From: Bugula neritina | Lineage: Eukaryota; Animalia; Bryozoa | Assembly: GCA_964035545.1 (NCBI GenBank) | Contig: OZ037773.1 | Location: forward strand, 1-64,000 | DNA length: 64,000 nt | Reading direction: 5' to 3' | Part shown: in pieces, positions 1-11,840 of the stretch | Numbering within the stretch: the first letter of the stretch is position 1 | How the letters are laid out: each line of letters opens with the position of its first letter | Notes under the pieces: generated by a model | What the model saw: only the letters and a program-made list of their open reading frames with translations | Told to the model about the DNA's origin: nothing | Databases searched by the model: none | Program-made: the position numbers and the translations under genes

Positions 1-1155
1 TGTTATATTATATATGAAATATATGAAAAATATAGTGTAATATATTGAAGCATAATGTAATACATTACATTACACTGTAATACATTGTTTTATACTGAAA
101 AATACTGTGATCTGTTGTAATACACTGTAAGACATTGTAGAAGACTGAAATACACTGTAGTACATATGTTTCGCTCTAATACATTGTAATCAACAAAAAT
201 ACATTGCAATACAGTGTAACATACTGAAGCATAATGTAATACATTGCAACAAACTGTAATACTTGTTTTATACTGAAACATACTCTTATCTGTTGTAATA
301 CACTTTAGCACATTGTATTAGACTGAGATACACAGTATTATATTGTATTATACTGAAGCATACTATAAAACACTGAAACGCACTATAAAATACTGAAACG
401 CACTATAAAATACTGTAGTACATTGCTTTATACTCTAATATGTTGTAATACAGTGTAATATACTGCAATACACTATGTAGAACTAGAATTCATTGTAATG
501 GAATATAATATACTGTAATACATATATTCGGCTGTAAGACACTGAAATCGACTGCAATACGCTGTAATACATTTATCACACTGTAATATATTGGAATCAA
601 CTAAAATGCACTGTAATACAGTTTATTATACTGAAAAATACTGTAATAAGCCGTAATACACTGTAATGCATTGTAATAGACTGAAATATACTATATTACA
701 TTGAATTTTCCTGACACCTACTATAAAAAACTATAACACACTGTAAAGTACTGAAAAAAACTGTAATAGACTGCAGTACATTACACGCTGCAACATGTTA
801 TAATGCACTGTAATACATTGTCAAAACATGTGATACCATGTAATATATGGCATACATTTTCAAAAACCGCAATACATTGTAACAGACTGCAACATGTAGT
901 AATAAACCGTGATTTACTGTAATACAATGTAATATGCTGAAACATACCGTGACATGTTTTAATATATGGTAATAGACTGAGATATATTCCGCTGCATTGT
1001 AATATTATACTAAAACATAGCATAAAATAATATAACGCACTGTAAAGTACTGTACCACACTATAATGGATTGTATTACAATGTTATCCACTGTAAACAAT
1101 TTCAATGATGTGCCATACACTATAAGAGATTGAAATATACTGCAATACATTGCAA
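1..1155 (+). repeat. Degenerate ~10-bp tandem satellite (consensus ~ATACACTGTA)
   Basis: Continuous variants of tacactgtaa/atacattgta/tactgaaa; the C/Y/I/V/Q-rich ORFs here are by-products of the repeat. Confidence 0.9.
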
Positions 1156-2369
1156 TAAAAGCACCAAGTAAAATTTCATTTTGAATTTTAGGTGGGAGTG
1201 TAGCGTTTTGATCATTCCTTATTATATTACACACTACTACATTGCCTTAACTTTTGCTCAATCTATTCAAATCATCGCTTGCAGTGGCACAGGACAATTT
1301 ATCACCATTCACTCATATACTCATTTAGCTACTCACTTAGCTACTCACTTAGTCACAGCTTTTTTAAACCACAGATACACATGTATTCACTATTACAATG
1401 CAATGATTTTTGCTACCAGAATAACTGTCAGCTTTTGAGAGCTTGTAGCCAGAAATTATAGCAGCGAAGTTGTTTTATGTCTTCATGTCAGTCTGATGCT
1501 TTTCTCCACTAACTTTTGTAGTTCTCACTAGTCATTTTTGATTTTGTACATGATACATGTAGATATTTGAACTTTCACTATTACGACCTTATATATTTGA
1601 TTCTAACTGTTCCCAGGAAAGGTAATAGAGGTATGTTGAACATTGTTATGCAACAATTTTGTAATTAATGTTTTATGTTTCATTTTTCTAGTCATCAATG
1701 TCTATATTATTGAAATGCATTATTGTAGTTTCAATAAACATCAGCAAAACTCCAGCAGTGCAACCTATTATTAATAAACTGGGATAGAAGTCACACAGAC
1801 AATATTTTTCATTTACCACAAACTAAGAATAAGTTATGCATACTGTGTAACACCTAGAAAATTGTCCATGAAAGATAATTCCCACCCACATCAATCTCAC
1901 ACCATTGCTATTGCCATAATAGTAAAAGCTTTAACTTAATATTCATAATATATTCACTAGGTAGTAGGAAAATGAAGAGACTCACTAGCCCCGTAAATTT
2001 CAATATAGAAAGCATTATTGAAACTTGGTATATTTTTTCCCCAAGTTTATTTGCATGAATGTGATATTATTTATTTGTCAATACATAATATATGATTATA
2101 TATTGTAGTTATTAACAACACTAACAATAAATATTTTATCATTGTTTATGAAAGTTGTCGAGTCTCAACAATGATTTATCATGATATTCATTGCAACTTT
2201 TAACAAATTTGCAGTGTTCAATCAGCCCTCTCTGGTGCAAGACAGGCATCACTATACACACTGGTGTGAAGACTTCTATTAGGTCAAAAAAATTTCTTTA
2301 TAACTCATATAAACTTGCGGCACCGATAGCGGCATAATGACTTTTCATGCTTTAAAGCCGACTTTCGTA

Positions 2370-2375
<6 letters not shown>

Positions 2376-2432
<57 letters not shown>
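2376..2432. repeat. (TA)n microsatellite
   Basis: Pure TA run. It is preceded (~2298-2372) by a fragment resembling the arm of the hAT-like element (cf. 51001-51075). Confidence 0.95.
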
Positions 2433-2435
<3 letters not shown>

Positions 2436-2514
2436 TGCTGGCTAAAATGATAATACTGCCCGGAAATCTTACATCAGAGTAAAACTAGCAATCCTTCAAT
2501 TACTCTAATAACTG

Positions 2515-3410
2515 TACCACATTGTAAAGGACCTAAATATAATGTATTTTTATTGTAATAATATACTGAAACAAACAGTAATAAACTGTAATGCAGTGTA
2601 ATACATTGCAATAATATACTGAAATATACTGTAATTCATTGTAATATACTGAAACGTATTGAAATACACTGCAAGTCTGCAACAGACTGTAAAATACTGA
2701 AACAAACTGCAAGAGACTGTAGTCCAGTGCCATAAACTGTAATATACCCTAAAACACTGTAATACATTATTGTAGTACACTGAAATACAATGTCATACGT
2801 TGTAGTGCTATGTTATACGATGTAAAACACTGTAATACACAATTATGCACTGTAACACAGTGAAATATACTGAAAGATATTTTAAGATACTGTATTACAC
2901 TTTAATACTTTGTAATTTATTGCTTTAGATTGAAAAATAGTGTAATACATTCTAGTATATTTAAACATACTGTAATAGGCTATAATACAATGTAATAGAC
3001 TGAAACACACTTTAATACATTCTAGTATCCTGAAACCTACTGTAATAAACTGTAATACACTGTTATACATTGTCATAGACTGAAAGAGACTGTAATATAT
3101 TATTGTAATATGCTGCAGCATACTGTAATATACTGCAACACCCTGTAAAGTAATAAAACACACTTCAATAGACTGCACTAAAGTGCCATACACAGCAATA
3201 TAGCATTCTAAAACATTGTAATACATTGTGATACACTGAATCATACTGCAATACACTGTTATTCATTGTCATAGACTGAAATAGACTGTAATATATTGTA
3301 GTACATTGTAATATACCAAAATATGCTCTAATGAATTGTAATACACTGTACCACATTGTGATAAACTGAAACATACTTTAATAAATTGTAATGCACTGTA
3401 ATACATCAGA
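2515..3410 (+). repeat. Same 10-bp satellite, forward orientation
   Basis: actgtaatac-type units. Confidence 0.9.
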
Positions 3411-3419
3411 GTCTAACAT

Positions 3420-4600
3420 TCTATTGCAGTATATTACAGTGTATAACATTGTATTGCAATTTATTACAGTATAATCCAGTATATTACAGTGCATTAATAT
3501 GTGTTACATTAGGTTTCAGTATATTACAAAATATTACAGTATATTTCAGTGCTGTACACTGTATTACATTATATTACGGTGTATTACACTTTCTTGCAGT
3601 GCATTGGAGTTTATTACAGTATAATACGGCATATCACAATATAAAACTGTGTTTTACTGTGTATAACATTGTATCACAGTTTGTTGAAGTATATTTCAGT
3701 ATATTACAGTGTATTCAGGAATATCACAGTATATTGCAGTATCTTATGGTACATAACAATGTTTTACATTTTATTACACTATACTTCAGTATATTTTCCT
3801 GTGTTACAGTAGGTTACAGTGTATTACAGTATTATATTACAGTGTATTACAGCATATGACACTTTATTACTAATTATTACAGTGCATTCAAGTATATTAC
3901 AGTGTCTTACAGTGTTTTACAGTGTTTTATAGTAAATAACAGTTTATTATATTCTATTACCGTGACTTGCAGTTTCTTACAGAATATTACATTTTGATAC
4001 ATTTTCCTATAATGTATGACATGGTATTACACTGTATTAGAGTATAGCAAAAGTGTATTGCAGTTTGTTTCATTATATTACAATGTATTATAGTATGTTT
4101 TATTTTACTCTACAGTCTACAGTATAATACAGTATCTTACAGTGTTTTGATGATGTAGTGAAATTTATTACAGTATGTTACAGTACATTACAGTGTGTTA
4201 CCCTGTGTTTCAGTATACTACAATGCATAACAGTGTATATTAGTTTAACACCATGTATTATGATATATTACGGTGTTTTGCACAATATTGCAGTGTGTTG
4301 CAGTGTATTAAAGTATATTACAGCATGTCACAATTTAAAGTTGCGTATTACATTATGTTTCATCATGCTGCAGTGTATAACATTGTGTTGCACTACTTTT
4401 CAGTATTTTACAGGGTTTTACAAAGTATTTCAGTAATTGCAGTGTCCTGCAATATATTACATATCATTACAGTATATTAAAGTATATTACAGTTTATTAC
4501 ATTACATTACCATGTCTTACAGTTTCTTACAGAATAACACAAAATATGACAGGCTCTAACAAGGTATTATATTCTAATACACGATAATACAGTCTTTTAA
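3420..4600 (-). repeat. Same 10-bp satellite, reverse orientation
   Basis: gtattacagt-type units, the reverse complement of the left array; orientation flips at ~3405-3425. Confidence 0.9.
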
Positions 4601-6049
4601 TAATAGTTCAGGATGGTAAATTGCTCTTTTATGAGAGCTAGGAAAAAACAATGACCTTTTCATTAGACTCCTTATTTAAAATTTTCCCTTCAACTTTGCA
4701 GTGAACTAGCCTTATCAGCTTAAAATTGTATGATATATGAAGCAGGTGTACTCAGCTGTGTCTCTGAGGAGTTGATTGATGAAACTACCTGGTACTTTGC
4801 TAAAATTCCTCAGGGCGGGTCTTTTTAGAATTTTTTAGTTTTTGTCTCACAGATGGTGGAGTTTCTTACTGTAGCGTTGCCACTAACTATTTATAAATGA
4901 GTTGTACTGGTGTTGGTGTTAGTAACTTTATTTATGTTTATTCCAACTGCTGTAAGAAACTGTAAAAGTATAAGTTAATATATGCAATTATATAATGTTT
5001 TTAAAATAAAACCAACAAAAATTCATTTACAAAGTTATAAGGTATTCACGCATATATAAATTTCTGAATTATTCACCTCTTGCCTTCTTTTAGTTCTTAG
5101 CTGGAGTAAGTTTGACTCTAGGAACTGATATTGTAGATCTACTAAAAATGTTAAAGTTGATTTTAAAAATGACATCAAAGGATAACTGCCATAGACAAAA
5201 TTAATTAATTATATCGGTTAAAACAAGTAGTAATGCATGTATCACACAAACAAAGATTAAACTTATATTCACAGTTGACTTAAATTAGTAGTTGCAGTAA
5301 AATATTGCTATGAGTAAAGGTAAAACTTTAAGCTACCAATTTGGGTTCTATCCTGTGACAATCTAATCAATAACTGGAGAGCCTGCCTATAGAATTCATA
5401 ATTCTATGAGAAATCTGAATGATGCCATCTCTATTCCAGTCATGCCGTCAGTTGATACGGAAAATAATACGGAGATCTAGGTCAACCAATTATAGGGGCG
5501 ATCAGGCACTTATAAGCACCGCCTTCCAGCGCCCACAGCCAGTCTCAAACAGTACTAATAGCTTATATCGGGATAACTATATGTGGACACATCATTTCTT
5601 GTATATTTTTCTCATTTATGTAACTTACTTTTATTTGTGTATTTTTTACCTAAAGACGAATAAGTAAATCTGTGTCTGATAATGATTTTCTTCACAATTT
5701 TTATTATAATGACTATTTTCAAAAAAATTAATGAGAAGCATGGGCAGGTTTGTCTGGACTCCGGAAGATAATATTTTTAATGTGTAGAATTGAGCTTTGC
5801 CAATAAATCTAAGCTGAACTATATATAAATAAGCAACTTGGTTTTTAAAACAATGCCATTAGTTAAAATGTATATTGTTATACTATCTAATATAATGACT
5901 CTAGAGTCAATTTAGCTCAGTTATAGTTACAGAATAAACACCCTAAAGCTTTTTTATGATTTAAAATATATATGGTTATATCTAAGCCACACATTAGAAA
6001 AATGATCTTGAGCTGCCTTATTCAAAGATTTTAGGCATGTACTTTTTCA

Positions 6050-7580
6050 TGTGTGCCATTTGTCACAAAAATAATAATTTCTTATCAGCAAATAAAACAA
6101 GCTCAGTTTGAGACTGGTGCATTTTTGTGGGAAACATAGAGTAAAAATATTTTAAAGAACGATATTATTATAGTTGTTGCATACCAAAATAAATCGCATT
6201 CAGCTGAAATCTCTTGAACATGGTGGAATTCCTAAAAAAGCAGAACTCAAATGCTTACAATTAGGTCATGAAGAAGCAGCTAGATACACAAACTTTGTTA
6301 CATGGAAAATGTTTTATAAACACCATAAGCCCACTTGTAATAATCAAATTTCAAGACACTGATGTTTTCATCTTAAGTCTCGCTATTTGCAAATCATTAC
6401 TTTCTTATCAATTATATTTTCTTACAGGTGTTGTAATCATGGTGTCATGCCAGATAGAGGCTAAGCTAAACTTCCTACTTAGATGCTAGTTATTTATTTT
6501 GGTAAAATGTGTTTTTATGTGCAACTTATTTTAATATTATTGAAATATATGTATATTTAAATTAACTTGGATCAACAGCTTGTTATTTAGCACATAAATA
6601 AAGTCTTTCGATCTCATTAACTTGATAATTTTGTATATTTTTTACATTTTACCTGTTGTTTGAACAGATAATTTGGTTAAGAAGTATCAATTTAAGATAG
6701 TGTCTATTATTAATGTATTACTACTTTTTGTTCCACACAAATTTGTAAAAATAATATAATATCATTCTAGATTATTCATGTTAGCTACTATAGCTATTAG
6801 CATATTAACTATTTAGCAATAAATACAACAGTTATATAAGTAATATTAATATACATGGTAAAAAAATAAAAATAGCGTCTATCTGGGAGGAAACCATAAT
6901 CGTATTAGGTATTTGGATGTCAACATTGCAGCAAATTAATCCGGACTGCAGTCGTGTGCAGCACTTACTAGATTTCATGCTTTAACAGGTTGTGATTTTT
7001 ATGAAAAAGGATAGCGCACAGCCTACTTTTTTTGAAAAAAATATTCATAATGTATGAGAAGGTTTAAACACTTTGGGAAGTATTTTAACCTGTCAGCCAT
7101 TACAGTGCCTGAAGTAGAACAATTGTCTATAAACTTTACGAAGCAGGAAATTCAAATATAGATGATGTCCAATACGTTTTTTTGTTGACAGTCTAAAATA
7201 ACTCAATACAGTTTGCCTCCAACAAAAGATGAAATAAATTTGCACGTAAAAAGCAATTTATCAGGCAGCCATTTGGAGAAGGGTGACAACAGCCTATATT
7301 GATGCACCACCCCCAGAACATAATGAAAGGATTGTTGAGAATCATGGCAGCATAAATATAAATTGGATGATTCAAGCTTCCGCACCTTAACATGTGTATT
7401 GCAAAATTTAAATTGCTCCTGTAAAACTAGCTGCAACATATCCAGATGTGGATGTCAGAAGTTTCAAATGTAGTGCATGCACTGGTGTTTGTCAATGTAA
7501 GGATTGTCTGAAAAGAAGCTCTATATTGGGGAAGAAAAAGCTGATGAGACTGACGACAGTGACAATGATGGCGAGAATAC
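6050..7580 (+). pseudogene. Degenerate XPG/FEN1-like nuclease plus Cys-rich C-terminus; Academ(X)-like DNA transposon remnant
   Basis: Frame-broken motifs HEEA (6267), DTDVFIL (6355), FHALTGCD (6973-6996), LPPT (7213), YQAAIWRR (7259) and a Cys cluster CSCKTSC...CGC...CTGVCQCKDC (~7414-7508). AcademX proteins carry XPG plus Cys8 domains. Element ends were not resolved. Confidence 0.6.
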
Positions 7581-8434
7581 TTTTTCATAATCAAGCGCTA
7601 TTTTTAGATATTTGTTATATATTTTACAGCAAGCAATTTAATTTCAATCATCTCTCATGCTTCTGTCTCTCTAAATAATTTTACAGAATCTTGTTGATTT
7701 TTGCAGATGTCTAATGGCTCCTGACAGACTAGCAAATGATTCACTTGGGCTGTGCTCAAAAAGTTTCATAATTGTTCATTCCAAGGTTCATTTTGTGCTA
7801 TAATTTTATAAATATAGTTTTTTCACACATCAGCATGACTTTGTTTTTGTTTTTGTATGAATAGGTTGGTCGTACAATTATTCTGCATGCTTATGCCGTA
7901 TGCAATATGATGATTCATAACAAACGTATATGTTTATATAAACAACTTGGTTTTAATTTGAGATAGCGTCTTGCAGTCTTTAAATTCAGTATCAGCATAG
8001 AATTTTAAGTATAAAATATAATTATTTTTAGTATTTCAGCAAATATTTTTTCTTCAAGATAGCTTGATAAAATTGGATACCATTTTGCACAATCCACATT
8101 TTTTTTATCACTCATTCAAGATGTCAATTTGTTTTTTGCAATAAATTGAGTTTGGGTAGAGATAAAGTTCTAGAGCTTGTGGATTGAGAATCAAAACAAA
8201 ATTTTAATCCAGAAACAACTTTTTTGAGTGGCCACCTAGTAAAGTGTAACAAGCCAAATTTTGAGCACTTTTTAGGAGGTTTCTTCTAGACTATACTATT
8301 TTTTCAAGGAATAGCTTGGAAGGCACCAATGGCAGAACTCAATAGCTAAAACTTAACACTAAGTTGGTTCTTGAAATAAAATAGATAATTGACACGGATC
8401 TAATTACTTGACATGCTGAAAATTAATTCGAAAT

Positions 8435-8440
8435 GTAAGT
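8435..8440 (+). promoter_or_regulatory. Splice donor GTAAGT of a probable non-coding first exon of Ig-gene copy A
   Basis: aaat|gtaagtagttg; the downstream sequence is paralogous to 31801 onward and leads to the signal-peptide exon. Confidence 0.45.
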
Positions 8441-8776
8441 AGTTGTTGCTTTCCTAGTATTTTGTATGTGTTATAATAGCTGTTGATATATGCTGGATTA
8501 TTTTGGTCTGTAGTTGACACTGAATTTATGTACCCATTACTTTATTATGCTGGAGGGTTTAAATCACTTTTGAATTATGATAAAACTTTTTTTGTTTGAC
8601 TTATTTAGGATATTTGTGTAGTGAGATACATTACATCATATTATATTACATTTAACTTTCTAATTGTATTCAGCAAATCTTTTTTTGTAGATGAATATAA
8701 ATTTTAAAATTGTTAAAACTATTTTATCAAACTGTGCAATCCATTTAATTAACCACTACTTTCTGCTTGTATTATG

Positions 8777-9700
8777 TATGAGGGTGACTAAAAAAGTAAT
8801 GATAATTTTGCCACAAGTCAAGTTGTAATCAAATTACGACTTAATTTTTTTTCAACATAGTTTCTTGGCAAGCAAACACCTTTCTGTTATCTTGGTACTA
8901 TCTTTTTTATTTCCTCAGCATAAGATTCGGTAGATTGACTCAGTAAATTTTTGCACGAAGTAGTTTGGACCTTGCCATGAGTCTCCTTGTGAATGAATAG
9001 TTTCGGTGTTGAACTTAGAGCACCAAAGAAATTGTATTTACAAGATGAAGGACTAAGATTCTCCAATAGTGAGGGACCTAGTTGATGTTCTCAATGGTTT
9101 GATTGGCAGATTATGGTCTTCCAGTGTCTTTGTGGATATTACACTGTGATTACATGCCTATTCTCTTCTACTTAATCTCTTTTAAACTTAGATGAAATGC
9201 ACTGTTTCAATGGAGATGTTTATTAAATTAGCAAAGTTGTCGTTCAATGCTGTTACTTTCCTGACTGCCCTGACAAAAGGTTCTAATATCTCTAAATTGG
9301 TTGGTCTAGCCGCCTCTTCTGCTATTGGCCTACCTGACTCAAGTTCACTCTCCAAAGAGGTTGTTCAATCCTTAAAACTGTTAGCCTATTTGAAAACTGT
9401 ATTTTTTTTAAAAATTGTAACCATATTGAGCTTTCATTCCCTTATAAATTTCGCTTGAGCTGACTGCCTCATTTGACAAAAGCTTTAATATAGCTCTCTG
9501 GTCAATGTGAGCCAAGTTCCAGTGAGGCTGCCCTCATTAAGTATACGTTTTTAAATGAAAAGTATTTTCCCAAAGTTATTGAAATGATTACTGTGTGAAG
9601 ACAACTTCTAAAACAATATAATGTTAAAAAGATAGGCACGTATTACATTTATATTTAGTTCTATAAAGAAAATGTCTTTACTTTTCAAATCGCCCTGGTA
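8777..9700 (-). mobile_element. Non-autonomous mariner-like element (copy A)
   Basis: TA-flanked TIRs tatgagggtgactaaaaaagta / tacttttcaaatcgccctggta. The minus strand has a decayed mariner HTH (FKD*TTSLESELESGRP). Confidence 0.75.
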
Positions 9701-10041
9701 ATTCTTTAAGTAAGCAATATGTGTGTCTGTTGCCTTCTGAATCATTGATTTTAATTATCTAAAACTTGCTTAGTCTGTGACTTGGTTTGCTTTGACTTGC
9801 TGTTACCTCAACATGACTCTGGTCACACTGCTCTCTGTTGTACACACCAATTCATCAGTGCTCATTTGGTAGGCAACTTCATACAATATAATAATAGCAT
9901 TAGCTTTCATAAATTTCTTTTTTTAGCATTAATTTCTTCCATTTTTAAAGTTTTTTCGCTGGCAGGTTAATTAGCTATGGTATATCTCAGTTTATAAGAT
10001 TGTATTTATAATGTTTACTATACTTTGTTGTTTTTAGGAAA

Positions 10042-10099
10042 ATGAAGTTTCTCTGGATAACTATTTTCAAAGTATTGCTAGCATCTAGCTACACACTTG
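10042..10099 (+). pseudogene. Signal-peptide exon of truncated Ig-gene copy A (MKFLWITIFKVLLASSYTL-G)
   Basis: tttttag acceptor, ATG at 10042, phase-1 donor GTGAGT at 10100; near-identical to 33445-33502. No Ig exons follow in copy A. Confidence 0.7.
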
Positions 10100-10475
10100 G
10101 TGAGTTAATACTTCTAAAGCTAACATCTCCAGTATTTGTTAACTCTGGTTCTTGATTTTTAATGAATCACTTTAATGACACCTTTATTTTTTCAGATATG
10201 ATTCTTATGCTCACACAACTGTGACTAATGAAATACCTTGTTTCAACTTGTAATGTTTGAGAAATTCTAATGTAGCTGTTGGCTCGTTTAGCAGTTGTTT
10301 TCTGTTGTGTTTTTACACCTGCAGAGGCTCTCAATAAATAAAACAAGTTACTTGAAGACACTAAAAAAGACTCTACTTGGTTTTAAAAGAGTCATTTCTG
10401 TTTTTGTTGCCTTTTCTTGCAGTAGATGATGTCATAGGTCATGCAGTATTCCCAATTTTAATCTATTTATAGTAT

Positions 10476-10754
10476 TGTAGTGAGTACGTAATACGCGCGT
10501 CCCCTAAGTCCCCTTAGCCAATAAGAGTGCGTCATGTGATAACTCCCAGCGATGTGTAGAGTAGTAGAGAGTAGAGTAGTAGAATAGTAAAGATGTAGTG
10601 TTTTTTTTAATCCGTGTGCTTTTATATCTCTTTATTGTATTTAGTAGTAAATAAACCTCGTCTAATCTTATTGAAAACTTTTTTATTGATGTGGATACAT
10701 AAACTATAATTACAAGCCAGGAACTCACGCACAGTAATTGCACAAATTACTACA
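10476..10754 (+). repeat. E1 5' LTR
   Basis: tgtagtgagt...ttactaca, repeated at 17807. Confidence 0.95.
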
Positions 10755-10755
10755 G

Positions 10756-10773
10756 TGGTGGCAGCGGTGGGAT
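10756..10773 (+). promoter_or_regulatory. E1 primer-binding site (tRNA-Leu type)
   Basis: TGGTGGCAGCGGTGGGAT is complementary to the 3' end of animal tRNA-Leu(AAG/UAG), ...AUCCCACCGCUGCCACCA. Confidence 0.85.
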
Positions 10774-10816
10774 TACTAGCTACTATATGAAGACAATGGG
10801 AAAGTATTAGAACATC

Positions 10817-11818
10817 ATGGCCGAAAGTGCAGTGTCAACTGAAGAATGTGAGCGAGACATTATCATAAACCCTCTCGAGGCCGGAGAGGAGGCATATAGG
10901 AATACATTAGTGGCTCCCGTATTCACGGGCTTTGAAGATGTTGAACAATTTATTCGGGAATTCCGTGAAGTTGCAGTCATTACAAGATGGCCGCCAAGAG
11001 TAGCCCTGATGAAGTTACAAATGGCACTGACGGAAGAAGCCAAGCCGTACGGGTGGGGACCTAGCGTAGACGGGATCATTGCTACGCTACGGGCCCGTTT
11101 TGGCATACCTGTCGCCGACGCCAAGTTTCGTTTGCAAGGACTGCTCCACAAAACATGTACACCACTACCGGATCACGCTACTCTGGTGCAGAGACTGGCA
11201 CGGATCGCGTATAGCGATCTGCCAGAAACATACAGACGGCGCTATACATTCGAGGCCTTTGTACAATCCCTCAACAATTTGAACTTCCATCACCAGTTAC
11301 AAGCAAAGGGAGTAACCACGATCGAGGCTGCAATCCAAGAAAGCAAAGCTTAACTAAGAGCCGAGCAACTCTATAAAGCGGGAGAGACTATTCCACAGAC
11401 CCCTGGAGAACCCGACCACCCGGTCCGAATAGCGACCGCTACCGCTAGCCCTCCTGTGGAGATAGAGGTCGACCGCTTGATGACTAAACTGGGACAGTTG
11501 GTGGCAACCATGACATACAACAACCCAAGAGGATACAAGAGACCAGCAGTGAAACACCCCAGACCCACTATACGTTGCTGGAAATGCGGCACCAGGGGAC
11601 ACCGCCGCTCAAGCTGCCCACGACTCAAGAAGCAGCAGAAACCCCAGACCCCCCGGAGGCCCCCAGAGCTCCGCGGGCCCAAGCAGAGAAGAAAACGGGG
11701 TGGATACCACCAGGAGTCCGTACCGATCCAGCGGTACGTCCCCCCACCAGTGGCAGACACCTCGTTGAACCAGCCAATCAGGACGGCCACGAGAACCCTT
11801 CTCTCTACCTCTCACTAA
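10817..11818 (+). pseudogene. gag: E1 gag with in-frame TAA at 11351-53
   Basis: Homologous to E3 gag; CCHC knuckle CWKCGTRGHRRSSC. Confidence 0.9.
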
Positions 11819-11840
11819 CCGCTTCGGTCCGCTACCAGAA

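Noticed and set aside
90-4480. Many C/Y/I/V/Q-rich ORFs
   Set aside because: Translations of the 10-bp satellite; no protein-like complexity.
5354-5591. GC-richer TG..CA segment as a solo LTR
   Set aside because: No matching TSD and no second copy in the window.
9192-9458. ORF conserved with 32558-32797 as a host gene
   Set aside because: It is the antisense strand of the duplicated mariner remnant.
11764-11770. G_TTG_AAC as the E1 slippery site
   Set aside because: It aligns with the W-x-Q-P pol-leader motif, has no clear downstream stem, and the pol ORF is in the +1 frame, not -1.
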